Shown: positions 26,732-36,065 of the stretch, piece by piece | Layout: the number at the start of each line of letters is the position of its first letter | Position numbering within the stretch: position 1 is the first letter of the stretch | Source: Chitinophagia bacterium | GTDB taxonomy: Bacteria; Bacteroidota; Bacteroidia; Chitinophagales; Chitinophagaceae | Reading direction: 5' to 3' | DNA: 40,140 nt | Assembly: GCA_041303255.1 (NCBI GenBank) | Contig: JBFYPP010000001.1 | Span: 1-40,140, forward strand | Notes under the pieces: generated by a model | What the model saw: only the letters and a program-made list of their open reading frames with translations | Databases searched by the model: none | What the model was told of the DNA's origin: nothing | Program-made: the position numbers and the translations under genes

Positions 26732-28255
26732 ATGCGAGTTTCTTTGATCTTCCCCCACCAACTTTTTCAAAACCATCCCGCCATAGACAGCAACTTTCCT
26801 GTATACTTGATAGAAGAAGAGTTGTTCTTCAAACAATTCCTTTTTCATAAACAAAAAATTGTCTTACACAAAGCAAGTATGCAGGCCTATGCATCTGAGC
26901 TTAGAGAAAAAAATAATATTGTCAATTATATTGAATCGAATGACAACAATGCAGCTGTTGTCCAACTGATGAAACACCTGGGAAAACTTGGTGTCACCAA
27001 CGCTAAATCCTGTTTTCCAAATGATGAATGGCTAAAGAAACGTGTTGACCAATCTGCGAAAAAAAATAAAATAAGCATTGAATGGATTGAAGGACCCGAC
27101 TTCCTCACTGGCTTGCAAGAAATAGAGGAGTTTTTTAAAGGCAAAAAACAATACCATCAAACGGATTTCTATATCTACCAAAGAAAGAAATTGAACTTGC
27201 TTTTAGAGGTAGACAAAACACCGTTGGGTGGAAAATGGACCTTTGATGCAGACAATCGAAAAAAACTACCCAAAGAGGTAGTAATTCCTGCACCCCTTTT
27301 TCCAGAATCCGATAATCATTTACAAAAAGCATGTAAAGAGGTAGAGCTGCAATTTGCAAATAATCCCGGATCAAGTGAATTCATACCAGGAGTATTTCCA
27401 TGGGCATGGACAAGAAAGCAGGCGTTGAACAACTTGCAGCATTTTCTTAGCACCCGGTTTCATCATTTTGGAGAATATGAGGATGCTATTGCCAAAGAAG
27501 AACATTTCATTTTTCATAGTTTGCTATCTCCCAGCATAAACATTGGACTCATTACTCCGAAAGAGGTGGTAGATGAAGCTATTTCCTATGCAAGTACACA
27601 CGGTATCCCTTTGAACTCACTAGAAGGGTTCATTCGTCAGATTGTAGGATGGAGAGAATATATACGTGCCACCTATCTACTGAATGGAAACCTACAAAGA
27701 ACTAAAAACTTTTGGGGATTCAAGCGAAAAATACCCAGCTCCTTTTACAATGGCACAACTGGCATCCCCCCAATAGATGATGTAATTAAAAAAATCCTTA
27801 AAACAGGTTATGCCCACCACATAGAAAGATTAATGGTATTGGGGAATTTTTTCTTGCTTTGCGAATTTGACCCTGATGAAGTCCACCGTTGGTTTATGGA
27901 AATGTTTGTGGATGCCTATGATTGGGTAATGGTTCCAAATGTGTATGGCATGACCCAATTTGCAGATGGCGGAACCATTACCACCAAGCCCTATATCAGT
28001 GGCAGCAATTACCTTTTCAAAATGAGTGATTATAAAAAAGAAAAAACTGATGCTCAAGACTCTTGGCATTATATATGGGATAGTTTATTTTGGAACTTCA
28101 TGCATAAACAAAGGCAGTTTTTCTTAAAGAACCCAAGACTGGGTATGCTGGTTCACACCTTTGATAAAATGTCAGCGCAAAAACAAAACGACCATATCCA
28201 ATCTGCTACAGCTTTTTTCAAAAAGCTGGATACTGAGCTGGAAGCAGTAACTTAG
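26732..28255 (+). CDS. Cryptochrome/photolyase of the CryPro (PhrB/CryB-like, bacterial 6-4 photolyase) clade
   Basis: LIFPHQLF, FHKQKIVLH, GGKWTFDADNR, FGEYEDA, EGFIRQIVGWREY, YAHHIERLM, DAYDWVMVPNV, TKPYISGSNY. Confidence 0.9.
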   Translation: MRVSLIFPHQLFQNHPAIDSNFPVYLIEEELFFKQFLFHKQKIVLHKASMQAYASELREKNNIVNYIESNDNNAAVVQLMKHLGKLGVTNAKSCFPNDEWLKKRVDQSAKKNKISIEWIEGPDFLTGLQEIEEFFKGKKQYHQTDFYIYQRKKLNLLLEVDKTPLGGKWTFDADNRKKLPKEVVIPAPLFPESDNHLQKACKEVELQFANNPGSSEFIPGVFPWAWTRKQALNNLQHFLSTRFHHFGEYEDAIAKEEHFIFHSLLSPSINIGLITPKEVVDEAISYASTHGIPLNSLEGFIRQIVGWREYIRATYLLNGNLQRTKNFWGFKRKIPSSFYNGTTGIPPIDDVIKKILKTGYAHHIERLMVLGNFFLLCEFDPDEVHRWFMEMFVDAYDWVMVPNVYGMTQFADGGTITTKPYISGSNYLFKMSDYKKEKTDAQDSWHYIWDSLFWNFMHKQRQFFLKNPRLGMLVHTFDKMSAQKQNDHIQSATAFFKKLDTELEAVT

Positions 28256-28281
28256 TCCTCTGAAATCAAGCTCCTTTTACC

Positions 28282-29379
28282 ATGAAAATAACCTCAATAG
28301 AGCTATTCCGACTCACCATCCCCATGGAGCCATTTGTGATTGCCACTGAAACCTGTTATGCTGCCGAAAATGTCTACTTACGCATACACACCAACCATGG
28401 GATAACGGGTGTAGGAGAATGTAGCCCTTTCCCCATGTTGGTTGGCGAAACACAGGATACCTGTATGTATGTTGGCCATCAATTGGCAAAATTATTGATT
28501 GGGAAAAACCCTCTGGAGATTGAAGAGCGATTAAATGAATTGGATGCTTTTATTGCTTTCAACAAAACAATAAAAAGTGCTTTTGATATGGCATTGTATG
28601 ATGTTGCCTCAAAGGCCGCTCAACAACCCTTGTATGCTTTTCTGGGTGGTGCCAAAAAGGAGATTCAAACAGACCTTACTATTGGCATCAGTACGCCAGA
28701 AAAAATGGCACAAACAGCTATAGCTTTTGTTACACAGGGTGTAAAGATCATCAAAATCAAGTTGGGAAAAAACGGTGAAGAAGATATTACAAGAGTACAA
28801 AAAATAAGAGACGCTGTTGGTCCATCAATTAAATTAAGAGCAGATGCCAACCAGGGTTGGGACTACCCCACAGCATTGAACACACTGGAAGCCATTGCAT
28901 CATTTGACATTCAGTTTTGTGAGCAGCCGATGCATAAAAAATATGATCCGCTATTGCCTGAGCTGAAATCAAAAGTGAAAGTCCCCATTATGGCAGACGA
29001 GAGTGTATTTGACCACTACGACGCGGAGCGTTTAATCAAGAGCAACAGTTGTGATTTCATCAACATCAAACTTGCGAAATCGGGTGGAATTTTGGAAGCG
29101 ATCAATATAGCAGATACCGCAGCCAAATACAACATGCCTTGTATGCTCGGAGGCATGGTAGAAAGTCGTTTAGCACTCACAGCTAAAGTGCATCTTGCCA
29201 TGGCGAATAACAACCTGCAATTTTATGATCTTGATACCTGTTTATTAGGACACCTCAATGATCCAGTAATCGGGGGTGCCAGATACAATAATTATTTTCT
29301 AGAACTGGATGATACGCCTGGTATAGGCGCAGATATCGATCCCGCATATCTTGCAGGAGCTGAAAAATTTGTGATTTAA
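28282..29379 (+). CDS. Dipeptide epimerase (L-Ala-D/L-Glu epimerase-like, enolase superfamily)
   Basis: KIKLG, DANQGW, EQP, ADES, NIKLAKSGG and the DLD motif at the end of the barrel. Confidence 0.88.
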   Translation: MKITSIELFRLTIPMEPFVIATETCYAAENVYLRIHTNHGITGVGECSPFPMLVGETQDTCMYVGHQLAKLLIGKNPLEIEERLNELDAFIAFNKTIKSAFDMALYDVASKAAQQPLYAFLGGAKKEIQTDLTIGISTPEKMAQTAIAFVTQGVKIIKIKLGKNGEEDITRVQKIRDAVGPSIKLRADANQGWDYPTALNTLEAIASFDIQFCEQPMHKKYDPLLPELKSKVKVPIMADESVFDHYDAERLIKSNSCDFINIKLAKSGGILEAINIADTAAKYNMPCMLGGMVESRLALTAKVHLAMANNNLQFYDLDTCLLGHLNDPVIGGARYNNYFLELDDTPGIGADIDPAYLAGAEKFVI

Positions 29380-29389
29380 ATTTTTAACA

Positions 29390-29905
29390 ATGAAAGAAAA
29401 AAAAGCATCTGAATCAAAAGTGAATATGTCTGAGCTCGTACTGCCCAATGACACCAATTTTCACGGTAACTTAATGGGAGGCCGATTGATGTATTGGATG
29501 GATATAGCAGCAGGGATTGCAGCCGGAAAACATTGTAATTATTCTTGCGTAACAGTATCTGTAGACAATATTTCTTTTGATGCTGCGATTAAACTTGGAC
29601 ATGTAGTGCATATCGAAGCACAGGTTTCCCGTTCATTCAAAACTTCAATGGAAATTCACATCAAGGTTTGGGGAGAAGACCTTACTCAACAATACAAATA
29701 CAGAAGCAATGAAGCTTACTTAACTTTTGTAGCAATTGATGCCAATGGAAAACCAAGACCGGTCCCGGAACTTGTTCCCGAAAATGAAGAAGAGAAAAAA
29801 ACATTTGATAGTGCATTAAGAAGAAGACAACTGAGACTCATTCTGGCAAAGAAGATGAGACCGGAAGATGCTACTGAATTGAAAGCATTGTTCACCAATG
29901 AATAA
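29390..29905 (+). CDS. Hotdog-fold acyl-CoA thioesterase (YciA-like)
   Basis: LVLPNDTN..GNLMGG, MDIAA, VTVSVD, TSMEI, AYLTFVAID..GKPRPVP. Confidence 0.92.
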   Translation: MKEKKASESKVNMSELVLPNDTNFHGNLMGGRLMYWMDIAAGIAAGKHCNYSCVTVSVDNISFDAAIKLGHVVHIEAQVSRSFKTSMEIHIKVWGEDLTQQYKYRSNEAYLTFVAIDANGKPRPVPELVPENEEEKKTFDSALRRRQLRLILAKKMRPEDATELKALFTNE

Positions 29906-29908
29906 AGC

Positions 29909-30670
29909 TTAAGCTGGAGCCACCTCATGATGATGCTTACCATTCATCATAAATTGTTTACTCTGTTCAATAGCATCCATGATTTGTTCAAGAATTTCAT
30001 CAATATTTAGACTAGGATCAAAATGAATGGGTTGCTTGAAACGTATAGATAAAAGTGTTCCTTTCTTTTTAAATTTCAATCCCTTTCTATTAAAGGCTCT
30101 CCAAAAACCATTGATCACAACAGGTACAACAATAGGATTCAGCTCCTTAATAATGTGCGCAGTCCCTTTTCTCCCTGGTGCAAATGGTTTTGTAGTGCCC
30201 TGAGGAAAGGTAATGACCCACCGCTTTCTTAGGGCTTCATAAATCTTGGTATAATCACCTGCATCAACCTCTCGCTTAATGTCCTTTCCTCCAGCACGCC
30301 AGGTTCTTTTAATGGTGACAGCACCCGCAAGTGTAAAAAGTTTAGTAAGCAGGTTGTCTTTCATCGTTTCTTCTGCAGCAATAAAATTTACATTGACAAA
30401 TGGATTGAGTAAATAATAGGGCATCCCAAGTCTGTTCATCTTTCTCCATTTCACTGCACAAAAAACATGCAAGAACGCCATCACATCTGCAAAGTAAGTC
30501 TGGTGATTACTCACAAATAAAACATTCTGTTTAGGTAACTGTCGCAAGTACTCGGTTCCCGTGATCTTGATTTTATTTATTATTGCGAGACCCGGATAAG
30601 TAATAATCCCAACAACTGCATAAAACAGCTTTCGAATCAATTTGACCTCCTTAAGTTTATCGACCAACAT
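29909..30670 (-). CDS. Lysophospholipid / 1-acyl-sn-glycerol-3-phosphate acyltransferase family protein
   Basis: NHQTYFAD (HX4D), TFPQGT, RKGTA, IVVPVVI. Confidence 0.88.
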   Translation of the reverse strand: MLVDKLKEVKLIRKLFYAVVGIITYPGLAIINKIKITGTEYLRQLPKQNVLFVSNHQTYFADVMAFLHVFCAVKWRKMNRLGMPYYLLNPFVNVNFIAAEETMKDNLLTKLFTLAGAVTIKRTWRAGGKDIKREVDAGDYTKIYEALRKRWVITFPQGTTKPFAPGRKGTAHIIKELNPIVVPVVINGFWRAFNRKGLKFKKKGTLLSIRFKQPIHFDPSLNIDEILEQIMDAIEQSKQFMMNGKHHHEVAPA

Positions 30671-30781
30671 ACTATCAAGATAAGGATAAATTCAAACATA
30701 AAGTTATTTTAATCAATGCTCCATCGACATTAATAAAATGAGATTTTGCATTTGTTATTGAATTATTTTTAATAAAAATTG

Positions 30782-31441
30782 ATGAAAACGACTACTGCGA
30801 TATTTGATATGGATGGACTGCTTATTGATTCAGAACCATTATGGTATGAAGCAGCATTAGAAAGTTTGGCAAAATTCGATATCCATATAGGCCATGCCGA
30901 ATACTACGCTTCAACAGGTTTGAGAACAAAAGAATTTTTAGAACACTGGCTTGGTAAATTCAATATAGATTTAATACACTTGCCAGAAACAGAAGAGGAT
31001 ATCACCAGCCGTGTAATACGCAAAGTTTTTGAAAAAGGAACCACAATGAAAGGTGTTGAATTGGCGATAGAAAGTGTAAAAAAACTCGATTTAAAAATAG
31101 GTTTAGCCAGCTCTTCACCTTTGTCACTTATCCATGCAGTATTAGAAAAAACTGGACTGCAAAATGAATTTACTGTTGTCTGTTCGGCAGAACACCTTCC
31201 CTTTGGAAAACCACATCCACAAGTATTTATCAACTGCGCATTGGCGCTCAATAGCCACCCTGTTGAATGCTTCTGTTTTGAAGATTCTTTCAATGGTTTA
31301 ATTGCGGCAAAAGCTGCAAGAATGAAATGTGTTGTAGTGCCACATCCAGATCAGTTCAATGAAACAAAATGGAATCTTGCAGACTTAAAACTTTCTTCAC
31401 TTGATTTTGCGAGTAACGAAACTCTTCTAAAGTTGTTATAA
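30782..31441 (+). CDS. HAD-superfamily sugar phosphatase (HxpB/YniC-like)
   Basis: IFDMDGLLIDSEPLW, LASSS, GKPHPQVF, EDSFNGLIAAKAARM. ATG at 30782 preferred over TTG at 30779. Confidence 0.88.
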   Translation: MKTTTAIFDMDGLLIDSEPLWYEAALESLAKFDIHIGHAEYYASTGLRTKEFLEHWLGKFNIDLIHLPETEEDITSRVIRKVFEKGTTMKGVELAIESVKKLDLKIGLASSSPLSLIHAVLEKTGLQNEFTVVCSAEHLPFGKPHPQVFINCALALNSHPVECFCFEDSFNGLIAAKAARMKCVVVPHPDQFNETKWNLADLKLSSLDFASNETLLKLL

Positions 31442-31478
31442 AAAAAGTCCCAATCAAATGATTGGGACTTTCTATTTT
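31441..31478. terminator. Bidirectional intrinsic terminator between the HAD gene and rpsA
   Basis: AAAGTCCCAATC-AAAT-GATTGGGACTTT with an A-tract on the left and a T-rich tract on the right. Confidence 0.9.
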
Positions 31479-31492
31479 CATGCAAGAAAAGA

Positions 31493-33301
31493 TTACTCTC
31501 CTCCTTCCATTTTCTTTTTGAGTTCAGCAAGTACGCCAAGGTCTCCCAAAGTTGATTTCTCTACTTTGTTTTGAATATCCTTAACAGCTTTTTTGGTTTT
31601 AACTGCGTCGGCTTTCTTCTCCTTAACAACTGCTTCTTTTTCTTCTGCAATCACTTGCTCCCAAATGCGAGCGTGACTAAGAACGATTCTCTTTTCGTTG
31701 CGATCGAATTCGATAACAACAAATTGAATGGTTTCATCTGCACCTACAGTTTTACCATCTTCTTTTGCAAGATGACGTGCTGGCGCAAATCCTTCAAGAC
31801 CGTAAGGCAACTGAACAACAGCACCTTTATCGTCCTTCTTAGTTACAGTTCCTTCATGTACAGAACCTATTGCAAAGGTTTCTTGAAGTGTATTCCAAGG
31901 ATCTTCTTCCAACTGTTTGTGTCCTAGTTGTAGCTTCCTGTTTTCCTTATCGATGTTCAAAATCATCACATCAATCTGGCTGCCAGACTTGGTGAACTCA
32001 GAAGGATGATTGAAACGCTTCAACCAGCTAAGATCGCTGATGTGAATCATACCACCGATACCTGGCTGTAATTCAACAAACACACCGTATGGAGTAATGT
32101 TTTTTACAAGACCATTATGACGGCTTCCTACTGGGAATTTGTCTTCTATCTCACTCCAAGGATCTGAAGAAAGTTGCTTGATAGAAAGACTCATTTTTCT
32201 GCTGTCCTTATCAAGTGTTACCACTTTGGCTTCATACTCGTCATTTAACTTGAAGAATTCTTTTGCGTTTACTGGCGTATTTGCCCAAGTGATTTCACTC
32301 ACGTGTACAAGACCTTCAACACCTGGTGTGATCTCAAGGAACGCACCATAATCTTCAATGTTAACAACCTTTCCTTTCACATTAGCACCTTCAACAATGT
32401 CAGTTGATAGAGTATCCCATGGATGAGCAGTCAATTGCTTCAAACCAAGGCTGATTCTACGCTTCTCATCATCAAAGTCAAGAACAACAACATTCAGCTT
32501 TTGGTCGAGCTTCAACACCTCTGAAGGGTGATTGATGCGGCCCCAACTGATATCTGTGATATAAAGTAAACCATCAACGCCACCTAGATCAAGGAATGCT
32601 CCGAAATCAGTGATGTTTTTAATAGTTCCTTCAAGTACCTGACCTTTTTCAAGTTTACCCATAATCTCAGCACGTTGTGCTTCGATGTCACTTTCAATGA
32701 GGGCTTTGTGAGACACAACGGCATTTTTAATCATTTCGTTGATCTTCACCACCTTGAATTCCATTGACTTGCCTACGAATTGATCGTAGTCAGTTACAGG
32801 CTTCACATCAATCTGTGATCCTGGTAGGAATGTTTCCATTCCAAGGATGTCTACAATTAGACCGCCCTTGGTTTTGCTAGTGACATGTCCGGTAACTACT
32901 TCACCAGTCTTATGCATGTCGACAATACGCTCCCAAGCACGTGTGATACGGGCTTGCTTACGGCTTAAATGCAAATGACCTTCCCTGTCCTCTTTTTCAA
33001 CAACCATTACTTCAACCACATCCCCTGTTTTCAAACCTTGAATGTCTCTGAATTCGTTTAACGAAACAAGACCATCACTTTTGAAACCAATGTTAATCAC
33101 TACGTCGGTTTTGGTAACGCCTACTACAATACCTTGAACCATTTCACCGTCAGTGATTTGCTTGAATGTGCCTTCGTATACGGCATCAAATTTTAGTTGC
33201 TCCTCGTTGTTGTAACGAGAGACATTTCTCTTGTCTACGCTCCAATCGAAATCATCGTGGGCTGAGACTGCTGGGCTAGTTAGTGTTGTGTTTTCTTCCA
33301 C
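31493..33301 (-). CDS. rpsA: 30S ribosomal protein bS1
   Basis: Six S1 repeats (FKSDG, FLPGSQID, KNITDFGAFLDLGGVDGLL, DYGAFLE, PYGVFVE), C-terminal TLGDL; GTG start. Confidence 0.98.
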   Translation of the reverse strand: MEENTTLTSPAVSAHDDFDWSVDKRNVSRYNNEEQLKFDAVYEGTFKQITDGEMVQGIVVGVTKTDVVINIGFKSDGLVSLNEFRDIQGLKTGDVVEVMVVEKEDREGHLHLSRKQARITRAWERIVDMHKTGEVVTGHVTSKTKGGLIVDILGMETFLPGSQIDVKPVTDYDQFVGKSMEFKVVKINEMIKNAVVSHKALIESDIEAQRAEIMGKLEKGQVLEGTIKNITDFGAFLDLGGVDGLLYITDISWGRINHPSEVLKLDQKLNVVVLDFDDEKRRISLGLKQLTAHPWDTLSTDIVEGANVKGKVVNIEDYGAFLEITPGVEGLVHVSEITWANTPVNAKEFFKLNDEYEAKVVTLDKDSRKMSLSIKQLSSDPWSEIEDKFPVGSRHNGLVKNITPYGVFVELQPGIGGMIHISDLSWLKRFNHPSEFTKSGSQIDVMILNIDKENRKLQLGHKQLEEDPWNTLQETFAIGSVHEGTVTKKDDKGAVVQLPYGLEGFAPARHLAKEDGKTVGADETIQFVVIEFDRNEKRIVLSHARIWEQVIAEEKEAVVKEKKADAVKTKKAVKDIQNKVEKSTLGDLGVLAELKKKMEGGE

Positions 33302-33369
33302 TATTTATGTCCTCCTTTTGTTTGTATTTCAAGCTGTTTTGTCAACTTGATTTGGGGACGGCAAAGGTA
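33302..33369 (-). promoter_or_regulatory. rpsA promoter and leader: -7 element, hairpin and Shine-Dalgarno sequence
   Basis: TACCTTTG at 33369-33362; hairpin UCAAGUUG-ACAAAA-CAGCUUGA at 33350-33329; AGGAGG at 33316-33311, 9 nt before GTG. Confidence 0.8.
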
Positions 33370-33464
33370 GCGGAAATCCTGATTTCTTCACATTAAATTG
33401 GTCCTTTTTTACCCCATTTGGGTCCATCTTGCTAAAAAAAATGAAAATTACGGCTGGTTGAACG

Positions 33465-34757
33465 CTAAATGGCCATTTTTTTGAGGGCGGAAGCCAATTT
33501 ATCCAGGTCTTTTAGCGAGGTGTATACATTGGGCGTAATCCGAACACCATGAATATTTTCCCAGTTGATGGCCACCGTATGGATCTTGTGCTTACTAAAC
33601 AACTCACTTGAAATTTCTTCAGGTTTTTTCCCTTCAATCGCAACACTTCCAATTGCACAGGAGAGGTGATTTTTCTTTGGATGATTGAAACTTACTTTTG
33701 GCAAATCTTTAATTTGGTCTACCCAGTAATTTTTTAAAAATCGTAAACGTTCTTCTTTTCTTTTATTGCCCATCACATCGTGAAAATCGACTGCCGAACC
33801 AATGGCCATCTCTGAAGCAAATGAGCGTGTTCCTAATGATTCAAACTTACGTATATCCGATCCATCTGGTTCGTTATTTGAAAGCAACGCCCAAACGTTT
33901 TTAATCTTCTCTTTTTTGATATACAACAACCCACTTCCAAATGGCGCACTTAACCATTTGTGTAAAGAAGAAGCAAAATAATCGCAACCCAAATCCTCAA
34001 TTTTGAAATCAAAATGTGCCAATGTATGTGCCCCATCTGCAATCACTTCTATGCCTCTTGCATGCGCCGCATCTGCGATTTTTCTTACTGGCATAATTTG
34101 ACCGGTCCAGTTAATCAAATGGGTAACCATCACCACCTTGGTCTTGTTCGTAAATGCTTTGGTATAGAAGGCCGCTATTTCATCATCATTTTCCATGGGC
34201 AATGGCAAATCAAGCCAGACCAATTTTATTCCATCCCTTTTTTCCCTTTGCTTCCAGGCATTGATCATGTTTGGATAGTCTTGTTTGGTAAGCACTACCT
34301 CATCACCCGCCTTTAGATTTAAACCAAAAATAACAGTATTCAATCCTTCAGTTGCATTTCGGTTGATTGCAATTTCTTCTTTATCACATCCACAGAGTAA
34401 TGCAAGCTTTTCCCTCAAGGGTTCTCTTCCTTGATCAAGTATTTGCCACATGTAATAGGATGGCGCTTCATTCGCATATTGGTAATACCTAATGTGCGCG
34501 TCTTGTACAACCTTCGGTTGAGGTGCAACACCTCCATTGTTTAAGTTTATGATATTTGCACTCACTGTATATGCTTCTCTAATCCATCCCCAAAAATCTT
34601 CATCCTGCGCAAACGCTGAAGATGGTGCAGTATCCAAAGTTTTTTTCATCTCCTCCGCTGATCTTCCAAAAGTTGGATTTACTGCATATAAAAAAGGCAG
34701 TGTGGTTGCAGCACCCGAAAACAAACGGATAAAATTTCTACGGGAATTGGTTTGCAT
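33465..34757 (-). CDS. Class V PLP-dependent enzyme (isopenicillin-N epimerase / cysteine desulfurase-like) with twin-arginine signal
   Basis: SRRNFIR N-terminus; NLNNGG, RNATEGL, DGAH, SLHKWLSAPFGSG. Confidence 0.85.
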   Translation of the reverse strand: MQTNSRRNFIRLFSGAATTLPFLYAVNPTFGRSAEEMKKTLDTAPSSAFAQDEDFWGWIREAYTVSANIINLNNGGVAPQPKVVQDAHIRYYQYANEAPSYYMWQILDQGREPLREKLALLCGCDKEEIAINRNATEGLNTVIFGLNLKAGDEVVLTKQDYPNMINAWKQREKRDGIKLVWLDLPLPMENDDEIAAFYTKAFTNKTKVVMVTHLINWTGQIMPVRKIADAAHARGIEVIADGAHTLAHFDFKIEDLGCDYFASSLHKWLSAPFGSGLLYIKKEKIKNVWALLSNNEPDGSDIRKFESLGTRSFASEMAIGSAVDFHDVMGNKRKEERLRFLKNYWVDQIKDLPKVSFNHPKKNHLSCAIGSVAIEGKKPEEISSELFSKHKIHTVAINWENIHGVRITPNVYTSLKDLDKLASALKKMAI

Positions 34758-34781
34758 AAATAGTGGTCGTTGGTTCTACTT

Positions 34782-36014
34782 CTAAGTTATGGAATTAGCA
34801 ACAATCCACCCACTTGTCCATGCATGTTGAAAGTTATACCCTCCAGTTATTCCATCAACATCCATTACTTCCCCAGCAAAATATAAACCCTGCACCTTTT
34901 TACTTTCCATTGTATTTGCATCTATCTCTTGTAATGCAATTCCACCAGCTGTAACAAACTCCTCTTTAAATGTAGTCTTCCCTTTTGCCTGATAAAGATC
35001 GTTACACAATGTTTTCGAAAGTAAAACCAACTGTGCATGCGGTAGATTACCCCAGTCCGTAGTTGGGTCTATTGTTGCGCGCATGAGCAAATAATCCCAA
35101 AGCCTAGAAACCAATCCAAAGCCCTGCTTAGCGCCAACAGTTCCTTTTGCATTCTGCTTGTACCCTTTCAAATATTCAAGCACCCCGCTCTCGTGGTAGT
35201 CTGGCAACCAGTTTACACATACATCAAACTCATAGTTCATGTTGTTCAAATCCCGTGCGCATCGAGAAGACAATTTCAACACAGCTGGTCCGCTTAGTCC
35301 CCAATGAGTGATAAGCAGCGGACCCTCTTCAACAACTTTTAAGAATGGAATCTTAACGACAGCATGCTTCACGGAAACACCCATCAATGCATGAAGTTTT
35401 TTATCTGGAATATTAAATGTAAATAGAGAAGGGACTGGTTCAGAAATGGTATGGCCAATTGAAGCAAGCCAATCGAATCCGGATAATTTTGGATATCCCC
35501 CTGAAGCAATACACACATAATCTGCAGTTACCTCTGTTTTTGTTTTATTCACATCGGTAACTTCCAAAAGAAAATGATCTGCTGTTTTAACAATAGAAAT
35601 CACCTCCACGCTGGTGTTTATCTCAACTGCATGTTTCGATGCTTCTGACAGTAGACAGTCGATGATGCTTTGTGAATTGTTAGACACTGGAAACATTCTT
35701 CCATCGCTTTCCTCTTTCAGCGTTACCCCTCGTTCTTCAAACCACTGAATTGTATCCATCGGTGAGAACTGGTGCAATGTTTTTTTTAACAAGCGCATTC
35801 CTCTTGGATAAGCATGCAACATGTCTTCTACTTCCTCAGATGCATGGGTAACATTGCATCTTCCTCCACCACTTACTTTTACTTTTGAAAGCAATTTTGT
35901 TGTTTTTTCCAAAATCACTACTTCAAAATCTTTGTGTAATCTTGCGGCATTTACTGCGCAAAAAAACCCAGAGGCTCCTCCGCCTATAACAATTAATTTT
36001 TTTCTTCTTGTCAT
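34782..36014 (-). CDS. HI0933/YhiN (BaiN-like) flavoprotein
   Basis: IGGGASG, KVKVSGGGRCNVT, GRMFP, LITHWGLSGPAVL, FVTAGG, GEVMDVDGITGGYNFQHAW. Start at ATG 36014. Confidence 0.92.
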   Translation of the reverse strand: MTRRKKLIVIGGGASGFFCAVNAARLHKDFEVVILEKTTKLLSKVKVSGGGRCNVTHASEEVEDMLHAYPRGMRLLKKTLHQFSPMDTIQWFEERGVTLKEESDGRMFPVSNNSQSIIDCLLSEASKHAVEINTSVEVISIVKTADHFLLEVTDVNKTKTEVTADYVCIASGGYPKLSGFDWLASIGHTISEPVPSLFTFNIPDKKLHALMGVSVKHAVVKIPFLKVVEEGPLLITHWGLSGPAVLKLSSRCARDLNNMNYEFDVCVNWLPDYHESGVLEYLKGYKQNAKGTVGAKQGFGLVSRLWDYLLMRATIDPTTDWGNLPHAQLVLLSKTLCNDLYQAKGKTTFKEEFVTAGGIALQEIDANTMESKKVQGLYFAGEVMDVDGITGGYNFQHAWTSGWIVANSIT

Positions 36015-36065
36015 TTGTGCAATAGCATGACTGATGCAAAAATCTCTAGACCAACCCACTGAAGG

